A stretch of DNA of 64,000 nt, from NCBI GenBank assembly GCA_964016885.1, contig CAXHJY010001175.1, positions 1-64,000 of the forward strand, written 5' to 3'. The notes under the pieces were generated by a model that was not told the origin of the DNA, searched no databases, and saw only the letters and a list, made by a program, of their open reading frames with translations. Position numbers and translations under genes: made by a program. Positions 1 through 12,800 of the stretch are shown here, in pieces. The stretch comes from Eledone cirrhosa (lineage: Eukaryota). Position 1 is the stretch's first letter. The number at the start of each line of letters is the position of its first letter.

Positions 1-3000
1 CGAAGCACACCATTCGCCGGCGGACTTTGTTGACGTTTAACACGGTTTGGTTCCACAGCCACAACTATTGATTTTACGGAGATATCTTGCTGAAATTCAC
101 GCCACACATAGCCAATGAGTGTCTGCACATGTACCAGTAATTACAGATCGATCCGACCACGGGCGGCCGGCCCGCGATTAAAAAGGTAACTCCGCCGGCA
201 AATCGTCATTTTTGGATTCGTTTTCTTCGAAGCACACCATTCGCCGGCGGACTTTGTTGACGTTTAACACGGTTTGGTTCCACAGCCACAACTATTGAAT
301 TTACGGAGATATCTTGCTGAAATTCACGCCACACATAGCCAATGAGTGTCTGCACATGTACCAGTAATTACAGATCGATCTGACCACGGGCGGCCGGCCC
401 GCGATTGAAAAGGTAACTCCGCCGGCAAATCGTCATTTTTGGATTCGTTTTCTTCGAAGCACACCATTCGCCGGCGGACTTTGTTGACGTTTAACACGGT
501 TTGGTTCCACAGCCACAACTATTGATTTTACGGAGATATCTTGCTGAAATTCACGCCGCACATAGCCAATGAGTGTCTGCACATGTACCAGTAATTACAG
601 ATCGATCCGACCACGGGCGGCCGGCCCGCGATTGAAAAGGTAACTCCGCCGGCAAATCGTCATTTTTGGATTCGTTTTCTTCGAAGCACACCATTCGCCG
701 GCGGACTTTGTTGACGTTTAACACGGTTTGGTTCCACAGCCACAACTATTGATGTTACGGAGATATCTTGCTGAAATTCACGCCGCACATAGCCAATGAG
801 TGTCTGCACATGTACCAGTAATTACAGATCGATCCGACCACGGGCGGCCGGCCCGCGATTGAAAAGGTAACTCCGCCGGCAAATCGTCATTTTTGGATTC
901 GTTTTCTTCGAAGCACACCATTCGCCGGCGGACATTGTTGACGTTTAACACGGTTTGGTTCCACAGCCACAACTATTGATTTTACGGAGATATCTTGCTG
1001 AAATTCACGCCACACATAGCCAATGAGTGTCTGCACATGTACCAGTAATTACAGATCGATCCGACCACGGGCGGCCGGCCCGCGATTGAAAAGGTAACTC
1101 CGCCGGCAAATCGTCATTTTTGGATTCGTTTTCTTCGAAGCACACCATTCGCCGGCGGACTTTGTTGACGTTTAACACGGTTTGGTTCCACAGCCACAAC
1201 TATTGAATTCACGGAGATATCTTGCTGAAATTCACGCCACACATAGCCAATGAGTGTCTGCACATGTACCAGTAATTACAGATCGATCCGACCACGGGCG
1301 GCCGGCCCGCGATTGAAAAGGTAACTCCGCCGGCAAATCGTCATTTTTGGATTCGTTTTCTTCGAAGCACACCATTCGCCGGCGGACATTGTTGACGTTT
1401 AACACGGTTTGGTTCCACAGCCACAACTATTGATTTTACGGAGATATCTTGCTGAAATTCACGCCACACATAGCCAATGAGTGTCTGCACATGTACCAGT
1501 AATTACAGATCGATCCGACCACGGGCGGCCGGCCCGCGATTGAAAAGGTAACTCCGCCGGCAAATCGTCATTTTTGGATTCGTTTTCTTCGAAGCACACC
1601 ATTCGCCGGCGGACTTTGTTGACGTTTAACACGGTTTGGTTCCACAGCCACAACTATTGATTTTACGGAGATATCTTGCTGAAATTCACGCCGCACATAG
1701 CCAATGAGTGTCTGCACATGTACCAGTAATTACAGATCGATCCGACCACGGGCGGCCGGCCCGCGATTGAAAAGGTAACTCCGCCGGCAAATCGTCATTT
1801 TTGGATTCGTTTTCTTCGAAGCACACCATTCGCCGGCGGACATTGTTGACGTTTAACACGGTTTGGTTCCACAGCCACAACTATTGATTTTACGGAGATA
1901 TCTTGCTGAAATTCACGCCACACATAGCCAATGAGTGTCTGCACATGTACCAGTAATTACAGATCGATCCGACCACGGGCGGCCGGCCCGCGATTAAAAA
2001 GGTAACTCCGCCGGCAAATCGTCATTTTTGGATTCGTTTTCTTCGAAGCACACCATTCGCCGGCGGACTTTGTTGACGTTTAACACGGTTTGGTTCCACA
2101 GCCACAACTATTGAATTTACGGAGATATCTTGCTGAAATTCACGCCACACATAGCCAATGAGTGTCTGCACATGTACCAGTAATTACAGATCGATCTGAC
2201 CACGGGCGGCCGGCCCGCGATTGAAAAGGTAACTCCGCCGGCAAATCGTCATTTTTGGATTCGTTTTCTTCGAAGCACACCATTCGCCGGCGGACTTTGT
2301 TGACGTTTAACACGGTTTGGTTCCACAGCCACAACTATTGATTTTACGGAGATATCTTGCTGAAATTCACGCCGCACATAGCCAATGAGTGTCTGCACAT
2401 GTACCAGTAATTACAGATCGATCCGACCACGGGCGGCCGGCCCGCGATTGAAAAGGTAACTCCGCCGGCAAATCGTCATTTTTGGATTCGTTTTCTTCGA
2501 AGCACACCATTCGCCGGCGGACTTTGTTGACGTTTAACACGGTTTGGTTCCACAGCCACAACTATTGATTTTACGGAGATATCTTGCTGAAATTCACGCC
2601 GCACATAGCCAATGAGTGTCTGCACATGTACCAGTAATTACAGATCGATCCGACCACGGGCGGCCGGCCCGCGATTGAAAAGGTAACTCCGCCGGCAAAT
2701 CGTCATTTTTGGATTCGTTTTCTTCGAAGCACACCATTCGCCGGCGGACTTTGTTGACGTTTAACACGGTTTGGTTCCACAGCCACAACTATTGATTTTA
2801 CGGAGATATCTTGCTGAAATTCACGCCGCACATAGCCAATGAGTGTCTGCACATGTACCAGTAATTACAAATCGATCCGACCACGGGCGGCCGGCCCGCG
2901 ATTGAAAAGGTAACTCCGCCGGCAAATCGTCATTTTTGGATTCGTTTTCTTCGAAGCACACCATTCGCCGGCGGACTTTGTTGACGTTTAACACGGTTTG

Positions 3001-6000
3001 GTTCCACAGCCACAACTATTGATTTTACGGAGATATCTTGCTGAAATTCACGCCACACATAGCCAATGAGTGTCTGCACATGTACCAGTAATTACAGATC
3101 GATCCGACCACGGGCGGCCGGCCCGCGATTAAAAAGGTAACTCCGCCGGCAAATCGTCATTTTTGGATTCGTTTTCTTCGAAGCACACCATTCGCCGGCG
3201 GACTTTGTTGACGTTTAACACGGTTTGGTTCCACAGCCACAACTATTGATTTTACGGAGATATCTTGCTGAAATTCACGCCGCACATAGCCAATGAGTGT
3301 CTGCACATGTACCAGTAATTACAGATCGATCCGACCACGGGCGGCCGGCCCGCGATTGAAAAGGTAACTCCGCCGGCAAATCGTCATTTTTGGATTCGTT
3401 TTCTTCGAAGCACACCATTCGCCGGCGGACTTTGTTGACGTTTAACACGGTTTGGTTCCACAGCCACAACTATTGATTTTACGGAGATATCTTGCTGAAA
3501 TTCACGCCGCACATAGCCAATGAGTGTCTGCACATGTACCAGTAATTACAGATCGATCCGACCACGGGCGGCCGGCCCGCGATTGAAAAGGTAACTCCGC
3601 CGGCAAATCGTCATTTTTGGATTCGTTTTCTTCGAAGCACACCATTCGCCGGCGGACTTTGTTGACGTTTAACACGGTTTGGTTCCACAGCCACAACTAT
3701 TGATTTTACGGAGATATCTTGCTGAAATTCACGCCGCACATAGCCAATGAGTGTCTGCACATGTACCAGTAATTACAAATCGATCCGACCACGGGCGGCC
3801 GGCCCGCGATTGAAAAGGTAACTCCGCCGGCAAATCGTCATTTTTGGATTCGTTTTCTTCGAAGCACACCATTCGCCGGCGGACTTTGTTGACGTTTAAC
3901 ACGGTTTGGTTCCACAGCCACAACTATTGATTTTACGGAGATATCTTGCTGAAATTCACGCCACACATAGCCAATGAGTGTCTGCACATGTACCAGTAAT
4001 TACAGATCGATCCGACCACGGGCGGCCGGCCCGCGATTAAAAAGGTAACTCCGCCGGCAAATCGTCATTTTTGGATTCGTTTTCTTCGAAGCACACCATT
4101 CGCCGGCGGACTTTGTTGACGTTTAACACGGTTTGGTTCCACAGCCACAACTATTGAATTTACGGAGATATCTTGCTGAAATTCACGCCACACATAGCCA
4201 ATGAGTGTCTGCACATGTACCAGTAATTACAGATCGATCTGACCACGGGCGGCCGGCCCGCGATTGAAAAGGTAACTCCGCCGGCAAATCGTCATTTTTG
4301 GATTCGTTTTCTTCGAAGCACACCATTCGCCGGCGGACTTTGTTGACGTTTAACACGGTTTGGTTCCACAGCCACAACTATTGATTTTACGGAGATATCT
4401 TGCTGAAATTCACGCCGCACATAGCCAATGAGTGTCTGCACATGTACCAGTAATTACAGATCGATCCGACCACGGGCGGCCGGCCCGCGATTGAAAAGGT
4501 AACTCCGCCGGCAAATCGTCATTTTTGGATTCGTTTTCTTCGAAGCACACCATTCGCCGGCGGACTTTGTTGACGTTTAACACGGTTTGGTTCCACAGCC
4601 ACAACTATTGATGTTACGGAGATATCTTGCTGAAATTCACGCCGCACATAGCCAATGAGTGTCTGCACATGTACCAGTAATTACAGATCGATCCGACCAC
4701 GGGCGGCCGGCCCGCGATTGAAAAGGTAACTCCGCCGGCAAATCGTCATTTTTGGATTCGTTTTCTTCGAAGCACACCATTCGCCGGCGGACATTGTTGA
4801 CGTTTAACACGGTTTGGTTCCACAGCCACAACTATTGATTTTACGGAGATATCTTGCTGAAATTCACGCCACACATAGCCAATGAGTGTCTGCACATGTA
4901 CCAGTAATTACAGATCGATCCGACCACGGGCGGCCGGCCCGCGATTGAAAAGGTAACTCCGCCGGCAAATCGTCATTTTTGGATTCGTTTTCTTCGAAGC
5001 ACACCATTCGCCGGCGGACTTTGTTGACGTTTAACACGGTTTGGTTCCACAGCCACAACTATTGAATTCACGGAGATATCTTGCTGAAATTCACGCCACA
5101 CATAGCCAATGAGTGTCTGCACATGTACCAGTAATTACAGATCGATCCGACCACGGGCGGCCGGCCCGCGATTGAAAAGGTAACTCCGCCGGCAAATCGT
5201 CATTTTTGGATTCGTTTTCTTCGAAGCACACCATTCGCCGGCGGACATTGTTGACGTTTAACACGGTTTGGTTCCACAGCCACAACTATTGATTTTACGG
5301 AGATATCTTGCTGAAATTCACGCCACACATAGCCAATGAGTGTCTGCACATGTACCAGTAATTACAGATCGATCCGACCACGGGCGGCCGGCCCGCGATT
5401 GAAAAGGTAACTCCGCCGGCAAATCGTCATTTTTGGATTCGTTTTCTTCGAAGCACACCATTCGCCGGCGGACTTTGTTGACGTTTAACACGGTTTGGTT
5501 CCACAGCCACAACTATTGATTTTACGGAGATATCTTGCTGAAATTCACGCCGCACATAGCCAATGAGTGTCTGCACATGTACCAGTAATTACAGATCGAT
5601 CCGACCACGGGCGGCCGGCCCGCGATTGAAAAGGTAACTCCGCCGGCAAATCGTCATTTTTGGATTCGTTTTCTTCGAAGCACACCATTCGCCGGCGGAC
5701 ATTGTTGACGTTTAACACGGTTTGGTTCCACAGCCACAACTATTGATTTTACGGAGATATCTTGCTGAAATTCACGCCACACATAGCCAATGAGTGTCTG
5801 CACATGTACCAGTAATTACAGATCGATCCGACCACGGGCGGCCGGCCCGCGATTAAAAAGGTAACTCCGCCGGCAAATCGTCATTTTTGGATTCGTTTTC
5901 TTCGAAGCACACCATTCGCCGGCGGACTTTGTTGACGTTTAACACGGTTTGGTTCCACAGCCACAACTATTGAATTTACGGAGATATCTTGCTGAAATTC

Positions 6001-6810
6001 ACGCCACACATAGCCAATGAGTGTCTGCACATGTACCAGTAATTACAGATCGATCTGACCACGGGCGGCCGGCCCGCGATTGAAAAGGTAACTCCGCCGG
6101 CAAATCGTCATTTTTGGATTCGTTTTCTTCGAAGCACACCATTCGCCGGCGGACTTTGTTGACGTTTAACACGGTTTGGTTCCACAGCCACAACTATTGA
6201 TTTTACGGAGATATCTTGCTGAAATTCACGCCGCACATAGCCAATGAGTGTCTGCACATGTACCAGTAATTACAGATCGATCCGACCACGGGCGGCCGGC
6301 CCGCGATTGAAAAGGTAACTCCGCCGGCAAATCGTCATTTTTGGATTCGTTTTCTTCGAAGCACACCATTCGCCGGCGGACTTTGTTGACGTTTAACACG
6401 GTTTGGTTCCACAGCCACAACTATTGATTTTACGGAGATATCTTGCTGAAATTCACGCCGCACATAGCCAATGAGTGTCTGCACATGTACCAGTAATTAC
6501 AGATCGATCCGACCACGGGCGGCCGGCCCGCGATTGAAAAGGTAACTCCGCCGGCAAATCGTCATTTTTGGATTCGTTTTCTTCGAAGCACACCATTCGC
6601 CGGCGGACTTTGTTGACGTTTAACACGGTTTGGTTCCACAGCCACAACTATTGATTTTACGGAGATATCTTGCTGAAATTCACGCCGCACATAGCCAATG
6701 AGTGTCTGCACATGTACCAGTAATTACAAATCGATCCGACCACGGGCGGCCGGCCCGCGATTGAAAAGGTAACTCCGCCGGCAAATCGTCATTTTTGGAT
6801 TCGTTTTCTT
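1..6810. repeat. Higher-order repeat: 13-monomer unit (2951 bp) at 1-2951 and 3860-6810, separated by a 4-monomer block
   Basis: Same order of diagnostic variants in both units: p180A in copies 1,9 and 18,26; p73G at 754 and 4613; p146A in copies 13 and 30. Confidence 0.85.
191..251. other. 13-bp inverted repeat (12/13 match) flanking a 35-bp spacer; repeated once per monomer (first instance given)
   Basis: TCCGCCGGCAAAT (191-203) vs ATTCGCCGGCGGA (239-251; reverse complement TCCGCCGGCGAAT). Confidence 0.9.
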
Positions 6811-9800
6811 CGAAGCACACCATTCGCCGGCGGACTTTGTTGACGTTTAACACGGTTTGGTTCCACAGCCACAACTATTGATTTTACGGAGATATCTTGC
6901 TGAAATTCACGCCACACATAGCCAATGAGTGTCTGCACATGTACCAGTAATTACAGATCGATCCGACCACGGGCGGCCGGCCCGCGATTAAAAAGGTAAC
7001 TCCGCCGGCAAATCGTCATTTTTGGATTCGTTTTCTTCGAAGCACACCATTCGCCGGCGGACTTTGTTGACGTTTAACACGGTTTGGTTCCACAGCCACA
7101 ACTATTGAATTTACGGAGATATCTTGCTGAAATTCACGCCACACATAGCCAATGAGTGTCTGCACATGTACCAGTAATTACAGATCGATCTGACCACGGG
7201 CGGCCGGCCCGCGATTGAAAAGGTAACTCCGCCGGCAAATCGTCATTTTTGGATTCGTTTTCTTCGAAGCACACCATTCGCCGGCGGACTTTGTTGACGT
7301 TTAACACGGTTTGGTTCCACAGCCACAACTATTGATTTTACGGAGATATCTTGCTGAAATTCACGCCGCACATAGCCAATGAGTGTCTGCACATGTACCA
7401 GTAATTACAGATCGATCCGACCACGGGCGGCCGGCCCGCGATTGAAAAGGTAACTCCGCCGGCAAATCGTCATTTTTGGATTCGTTTTCTTCGAAGCACA
7501 CCATTCGCCGGCGGACTTTGTTGACGTTTAACACGGTTTGGTTCCACAGCCACAACTATTGATGTTACGGAGATATCTTGCTGAAATTCACGCCGCACAT
7601 AGCCAATGAGTGTCTGCACATGTACCAGTAATTACAGATCGATCCGACCACGGGCGGCCGGCCCGCGATTGAAAAGGTAACTCCGCCGGCAAATCGTCAT
7701 TTTTGGATTCGTTTTCTTCGAAGCACACCATTCGCCGGCGGACATTGTTGACGTTTAACACGGTTTGGTTCCACAGCCACAACTATTGATTTTACGGAGA
7801 TATCTTGCTGAAATTCACGCCACACATAGCCAATGAGTGTCTGCACATGTACCAGTAATTACAGATCGATCCGACCACGGGCGGCCGGCCCGCGATTGAA
7901 AAGGTAACTCCGCCGGCAAATCGTCATTTTTGGATTCGTTTTCTTCGAAGCACACCATTCGCCGGCGGACTTTGTTGACGTTTAACACGGTTTGGTTCCA
8001 CAGCCACAACTATTGAATTCACGGAGATATCTTGCTGAAATTCACGCCACACATAGCCAATGAGTGTCTGCACATGTACCAGTAATTACAGATCGATCCG
8101 ACCACGGGCGGCCGGCCCGCGATTGAAAAGGTAACTCCGCCGGCAAATCGTCATTTTTGGATTCGTTTTCTTCGAAGCACACCATTCGCCGGCGGACATT
8201 GTTGACGTTTAACACGGTTTGGTTCCACAGCCACAACTATTGATTTTACGGAGATATCTTGCTGAAATTCACGCCACACATAGCCAATGAGTGTCTGCAC
8301 ATGTACCAGTAATTACAGATCGATCCGACCACGGGCGGCCGGCCCGCGATTGAAAAGGTAACTCCGCCGGCAAATCGTCATTTTTGGATTCGTTTTCTTC
8401 GAAGCACACCATTCGCCGGCGGACTTTGTTGACGTTTAACACGGTTTGGTTCCACAGCCACAACTATTGATTTTACGGAGATATCTTGCTGAAATTCACG
8501 CCGCACATAGCCAATGAGTGTCTGCACATGTACCAGTAATTACAGATCGATCCGACCACGGGCGGCCGGCCCGCGATTGAAAAGGTAACTCCGCCGGCAA
8601 ATCGTCATTTTTGGATTCGTTTTCTTCGAAGCACACCATTCGCCGGCGGACATTGTTGACGTTTAACACGGTTTGGTTCCACAGCCACAACTATTGATTT
8701 TACGGAGATATCTTGCTGAAATTCACGCCACACATAGCCAATGAGTGTCTGCACATGTACCAGTAATTACAGATCGATCCGACCACGGGCGGCCGGCCCG
8801 CGATTGAAAAGGTAACTCCGCCGGCAAATCGTCATTTTTGGATTCGTTTTCTTCGAAGCACACCATTCGCCGGCGGACTTTGTTGACGTTTAACACGGTT
8901 TGGTTCCACAGCCACAACTATTGATTTTACGGAGATATCTTGCTGAAATTCACGCCGCACATAGCCAATGAGTGTCTGCACATGTACCAGTAATTACAGA
9001 TCGATCCGACCACGGGCGGCCGGCCCGCGATTGAAAAGGTAACTCCGCCGGCAAATCGTCATTTTTGGATTCGTTTTCTTCGAAGCACACCATTCGCCGG
9101 CGGACTTTGTTGACGTTTAACACGGTTTGGTTCCACAGCCACAACTATTGATTTTACGGAGATATCTTGCTGAAATTCACGCCGCACATAGCCAATGAGT
9201 GTCTGCACATGTACCAGTAATTACAGATCGATCCGACCACGGGCGGCCGGCCCGCGATTGAAAAGGTAACTCCGCCGGCAAATCGTCATTTTTGGATTCG
9301 TTTTCTTCGAAGCACACCATTCGCCGGCGGACTTTGTTGACGTTTAACACGGTTTGGTTCCACAGCCACAACTATTGATTTTACGGAGATATCTTGCTGA
9401 AATTCACGCCGCACATAGCCAATGAGTGTCTGCACATGTACCAGTAATTACAAATCGATCCGACCAGGGGCGGCCGGCCCGCGATTGAAAAGGTAACTCC
9501 GCCGGCAAATCGTCATTTTTGGATTCGTTTTCTTCGAAGCACACCATTCGCCGGCGGACTTTGTTGACGTTTAACACGGTTTGGTTCCACAGCCACAACT
9601 ATTGATTTTACGGAGATATCTTGCTGAAATTCACGCCACACATAGCCAATGAGTGTCTGCACATGTACCAGTAATTACAGATCGATCCGACCACGGGCGG
9701 CCGGCCCGCGATTAAAAAGGTAACTCCGCCGGCAAATCGTCATTTTTGGATTCGTTTTCTTCGAAGCACACCATTCGCCGGCGGACTTTGTTGACGTTTA

Positions 9801-12800
9801 ACACGGTTTGGTTCCACAGCCACAACTATTGAATTTACGGAGATATCTTGCTGAAATTCACGCCACACATAGCCAATGAGTGTCTGCACATGTACCAGTA
9901 ATTACAGATCGATCTGACCACGGGCGGCCGGCCCGCGATTGAAAAGGTAACTCCGCCGGCAAATCGTCATTTTTGGATTCGTTTTCTTCGAAGCACACCA
10001 TTCGCCGGCGGACTTTGTTGACGTTTAACACGGTTTGGTTCCACAGCCACAACTATTGATTTTACGGAGATATCTTGCTGAAATTCACGCCGCACATAGC
10101 CAATGAGTGTCTGCACATGTACCAGTAATTACAGATCGATCCGACCACGGGCGGCCGGCCCGCGATTGAAAAGGTAACTCCGCCGGCAAATCGTCATTTT
10201 TGGATTCGTTTTCTTCGAAGCACACCATTCGCCGGCGGACTTTGTTGACGTTTAACACGGTTTGGTTCCACAGCCACAACTATTGATTTTACGGAGATAT
10301 CTTGCTGAAATTCACGCCGCACATAGCCAATGAGTGTCTGCACATGTACCAGTAATTACAGATCGATCCGACCACGGGCGGCCGGCCCGCGATTGAAAAG
10401 GTAACTCCGCCGGCAAATCGTCATTTTTGGATTCGTTTTCTTCGAAGCACACCATTCGCCGGCGGACATTGTTGACGTTTAACACGGTTTGGTTCCACAG
10501 CCACAACTATTGATTTTACGGAGATATCTTGCTGAAATTCACGCCACACATAGCCAATGAGTGTCTGCACATGTACCAGTAATTACAGATCGATCCGACC
10601 ACGGGCGGCCGGCCCGCGATTGAAAAGGTAACTCCGCCGGCAAATCGTCATTTTTGGATTCGTTTTCTTCGAAGCACACCATTCGCCGGCGGACATTGTT
10701 GACGTTTAACACGGTTTGGTTCCACAGCCACAACTATTGATTTTACGGAGATATCTTGCTGAAATTCACGCCGCACATAGCCAATGAGTGTCTGCACATG
10801 TACCAGTAATTACAGATCGATCCGACCACGGGCGGCCGGCCCGCGATTGAAAAGGTAACTCCGCCGGCAAATCGTCATTTTTGGATTCGTTTTCTTCGAA
10901 GCACACCATTCGCCGGCGGACTTTGTTGACGTTTAACACGGTTTGGTTCCACAGCCACAACTATTGAATTTACGGAGATATCTTGCTGAAATTCACGCCA
11001 CACATAGCCAATGAGTGTCTGCACATGTACCAGTAATTACAGATCGATCCGACCACGGGCGGCCGGCCCGCGATTGAAAAGGTAACTCCGCCGGCAAATC
11101 GTCATTTTTGGATTCGTTTTCTTCGAAGCACACCATTCGCCGGCGGACTTTGTTGACGTTTAACACGGTTTGGTTCCACAGCCACAACTATTGATTTTAT
11201 GGAGATATCTTGCTGAAATTCACGCCGCACATAGCCAATGAGTGTCTGCACATGTACCAGTAATTACAGATCGATCCGACCACGGGCGGCCGGTCCGCGA
11301 TTGAAAAGGTAACTCCGCCGGCAAATCGTCATTTTTGGATTCGTTTTCTTCGAAGCACACCATTCGCCGGCGGACTTTGTTGACGTTTAACACGGTTTGG
11401 TTCCACAGCCACAACTATTGATTTTACGGAGATATCTTGCTGAAATTCACGCCGCACATAGCCAATGAGTGTCTGCACATGTACCAGTAATTACAGATCG
11501 ATCCGACCACGGGCGGCCGGTCCGCGATTGAAAAGGTAACTCCGCCGGCAAATCGTCATTTTTGGATTCGTTTTCTTCGAAGCACACCATTCGCCGGCGG
11601 ACTTTGTTGACGTTTAACACGGTTTGGTTCCACAGCCACAACTATTGAATTCACGGAGATATCTTGCTGAAATTCACGCCACACATAGCCAATGAGTGTC
11701 TGCACATGTACCAGTAATTACAGATCGATCCGACCACGGGCGGCCGGCCCGCGATTGAAAAGGTAACTCCGCCGGCAAATCGTCATTTTTGGATTCGTTT
11801 TCTTCGAAGCACACCATTCGCCGGCGGACTTTGTTGACGTTTAACACGGTTTGGTTCCACAGCCACAACTATTGATTTTACGGAGATATCTTGCTGAAAT
11901 TCACGCCGCACATAGCCAATGAGTGTCTGCACATGTACCAGTAATTACAGATCGATCCGACCACGGGCGGCCGGCCCGCGATTGAAAAGGTAACTCCGCC
12001 GGCAAATCGTCATTTTTGGATTCGTTTTCTTCGAAGCACACCATTCGCCGGCGGACTTTGTTGACGTTTAACACGGTTTGGTTCCACAGCCACAACTATT
12101 GATTTTACGGAGATATCTTGCTGAAATTCACGCCGCACATAGCCAATGGGTGTCTGCACATGTACCAGTAATTACAGATCGATCCGACCACGGGCGGCCG
12201 GCCCGCGATTGAAAAGGTAACTCCGCCGGCAAATCGTCATTTTTGGATTCGTTTTCTTCGAAGCACACCATTCGCCGGCGGACATTGTTGACGTTTAACA
12301 CGGTTTGGTTCCACAGCCACAACTATTGATTTTACGAAGATATCTTGCTGAAATTCACGCCGCACATAGCCAATGAGTGTCTGCACATGTACCAGTAATT
12401 ACAAATCGATCCGACCACGGGCGGCCGGCCCGCGATTGAAAAGGTAACTCCGCCGGCAAATCGTCATTTTTGGATTCGTTTTCTTCGAAGCACACCATTC
12501 GCCGGCGGACTTTGTTGACGTTTAACACGGTTTGGTTCCACAGCCACAACTATTGATTTTACGGAGATATCTTGCTGAAATTCACGCCACACATAGCCAA
12601 TGAGTGTCTGCACATGTACCAGTAATTACAGATCGATCCGACCACGGGCGGCCGGCCCGCGATTAAAAAGGTAACTCCGCCGGCAAATCGTCATTTTTGG
12701 ATTCGTTTTCTTCGAAGCACACCATTCGCCGGCGGACTTTGTTGACGTTTAACACGGTTTGGTTCCACAGCCACAACTATTGAATTTACGGAGATATCTT

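Noticed and set aside
63-72. AACTATTGAT resemblance to the kinetoplastid mini-exon
   Set aside because: Only a few bases match, and the rest of the 39-nt leader and its donor site are absent.
1-227. 5S rDNA or tRNA gene array
   Set aside because: The unit size is compatible, but I see no 5S conserved sequence or internal control region and no tRNA cloverleaf on either strand.
1-227. Viroid-like, retrozyme or hammerhead-containing concatemer
   Set aside because: No CTGANGA hammerhead core is present on either strand, and no rod-like whole-monomer complementarity is evident.
217-240. CENP-B box
   Set aside because: The TTCG motifs lack the required TTCG-N4-A-N2-CGGG pattern on either strand (best match about 6 of 9 positions).
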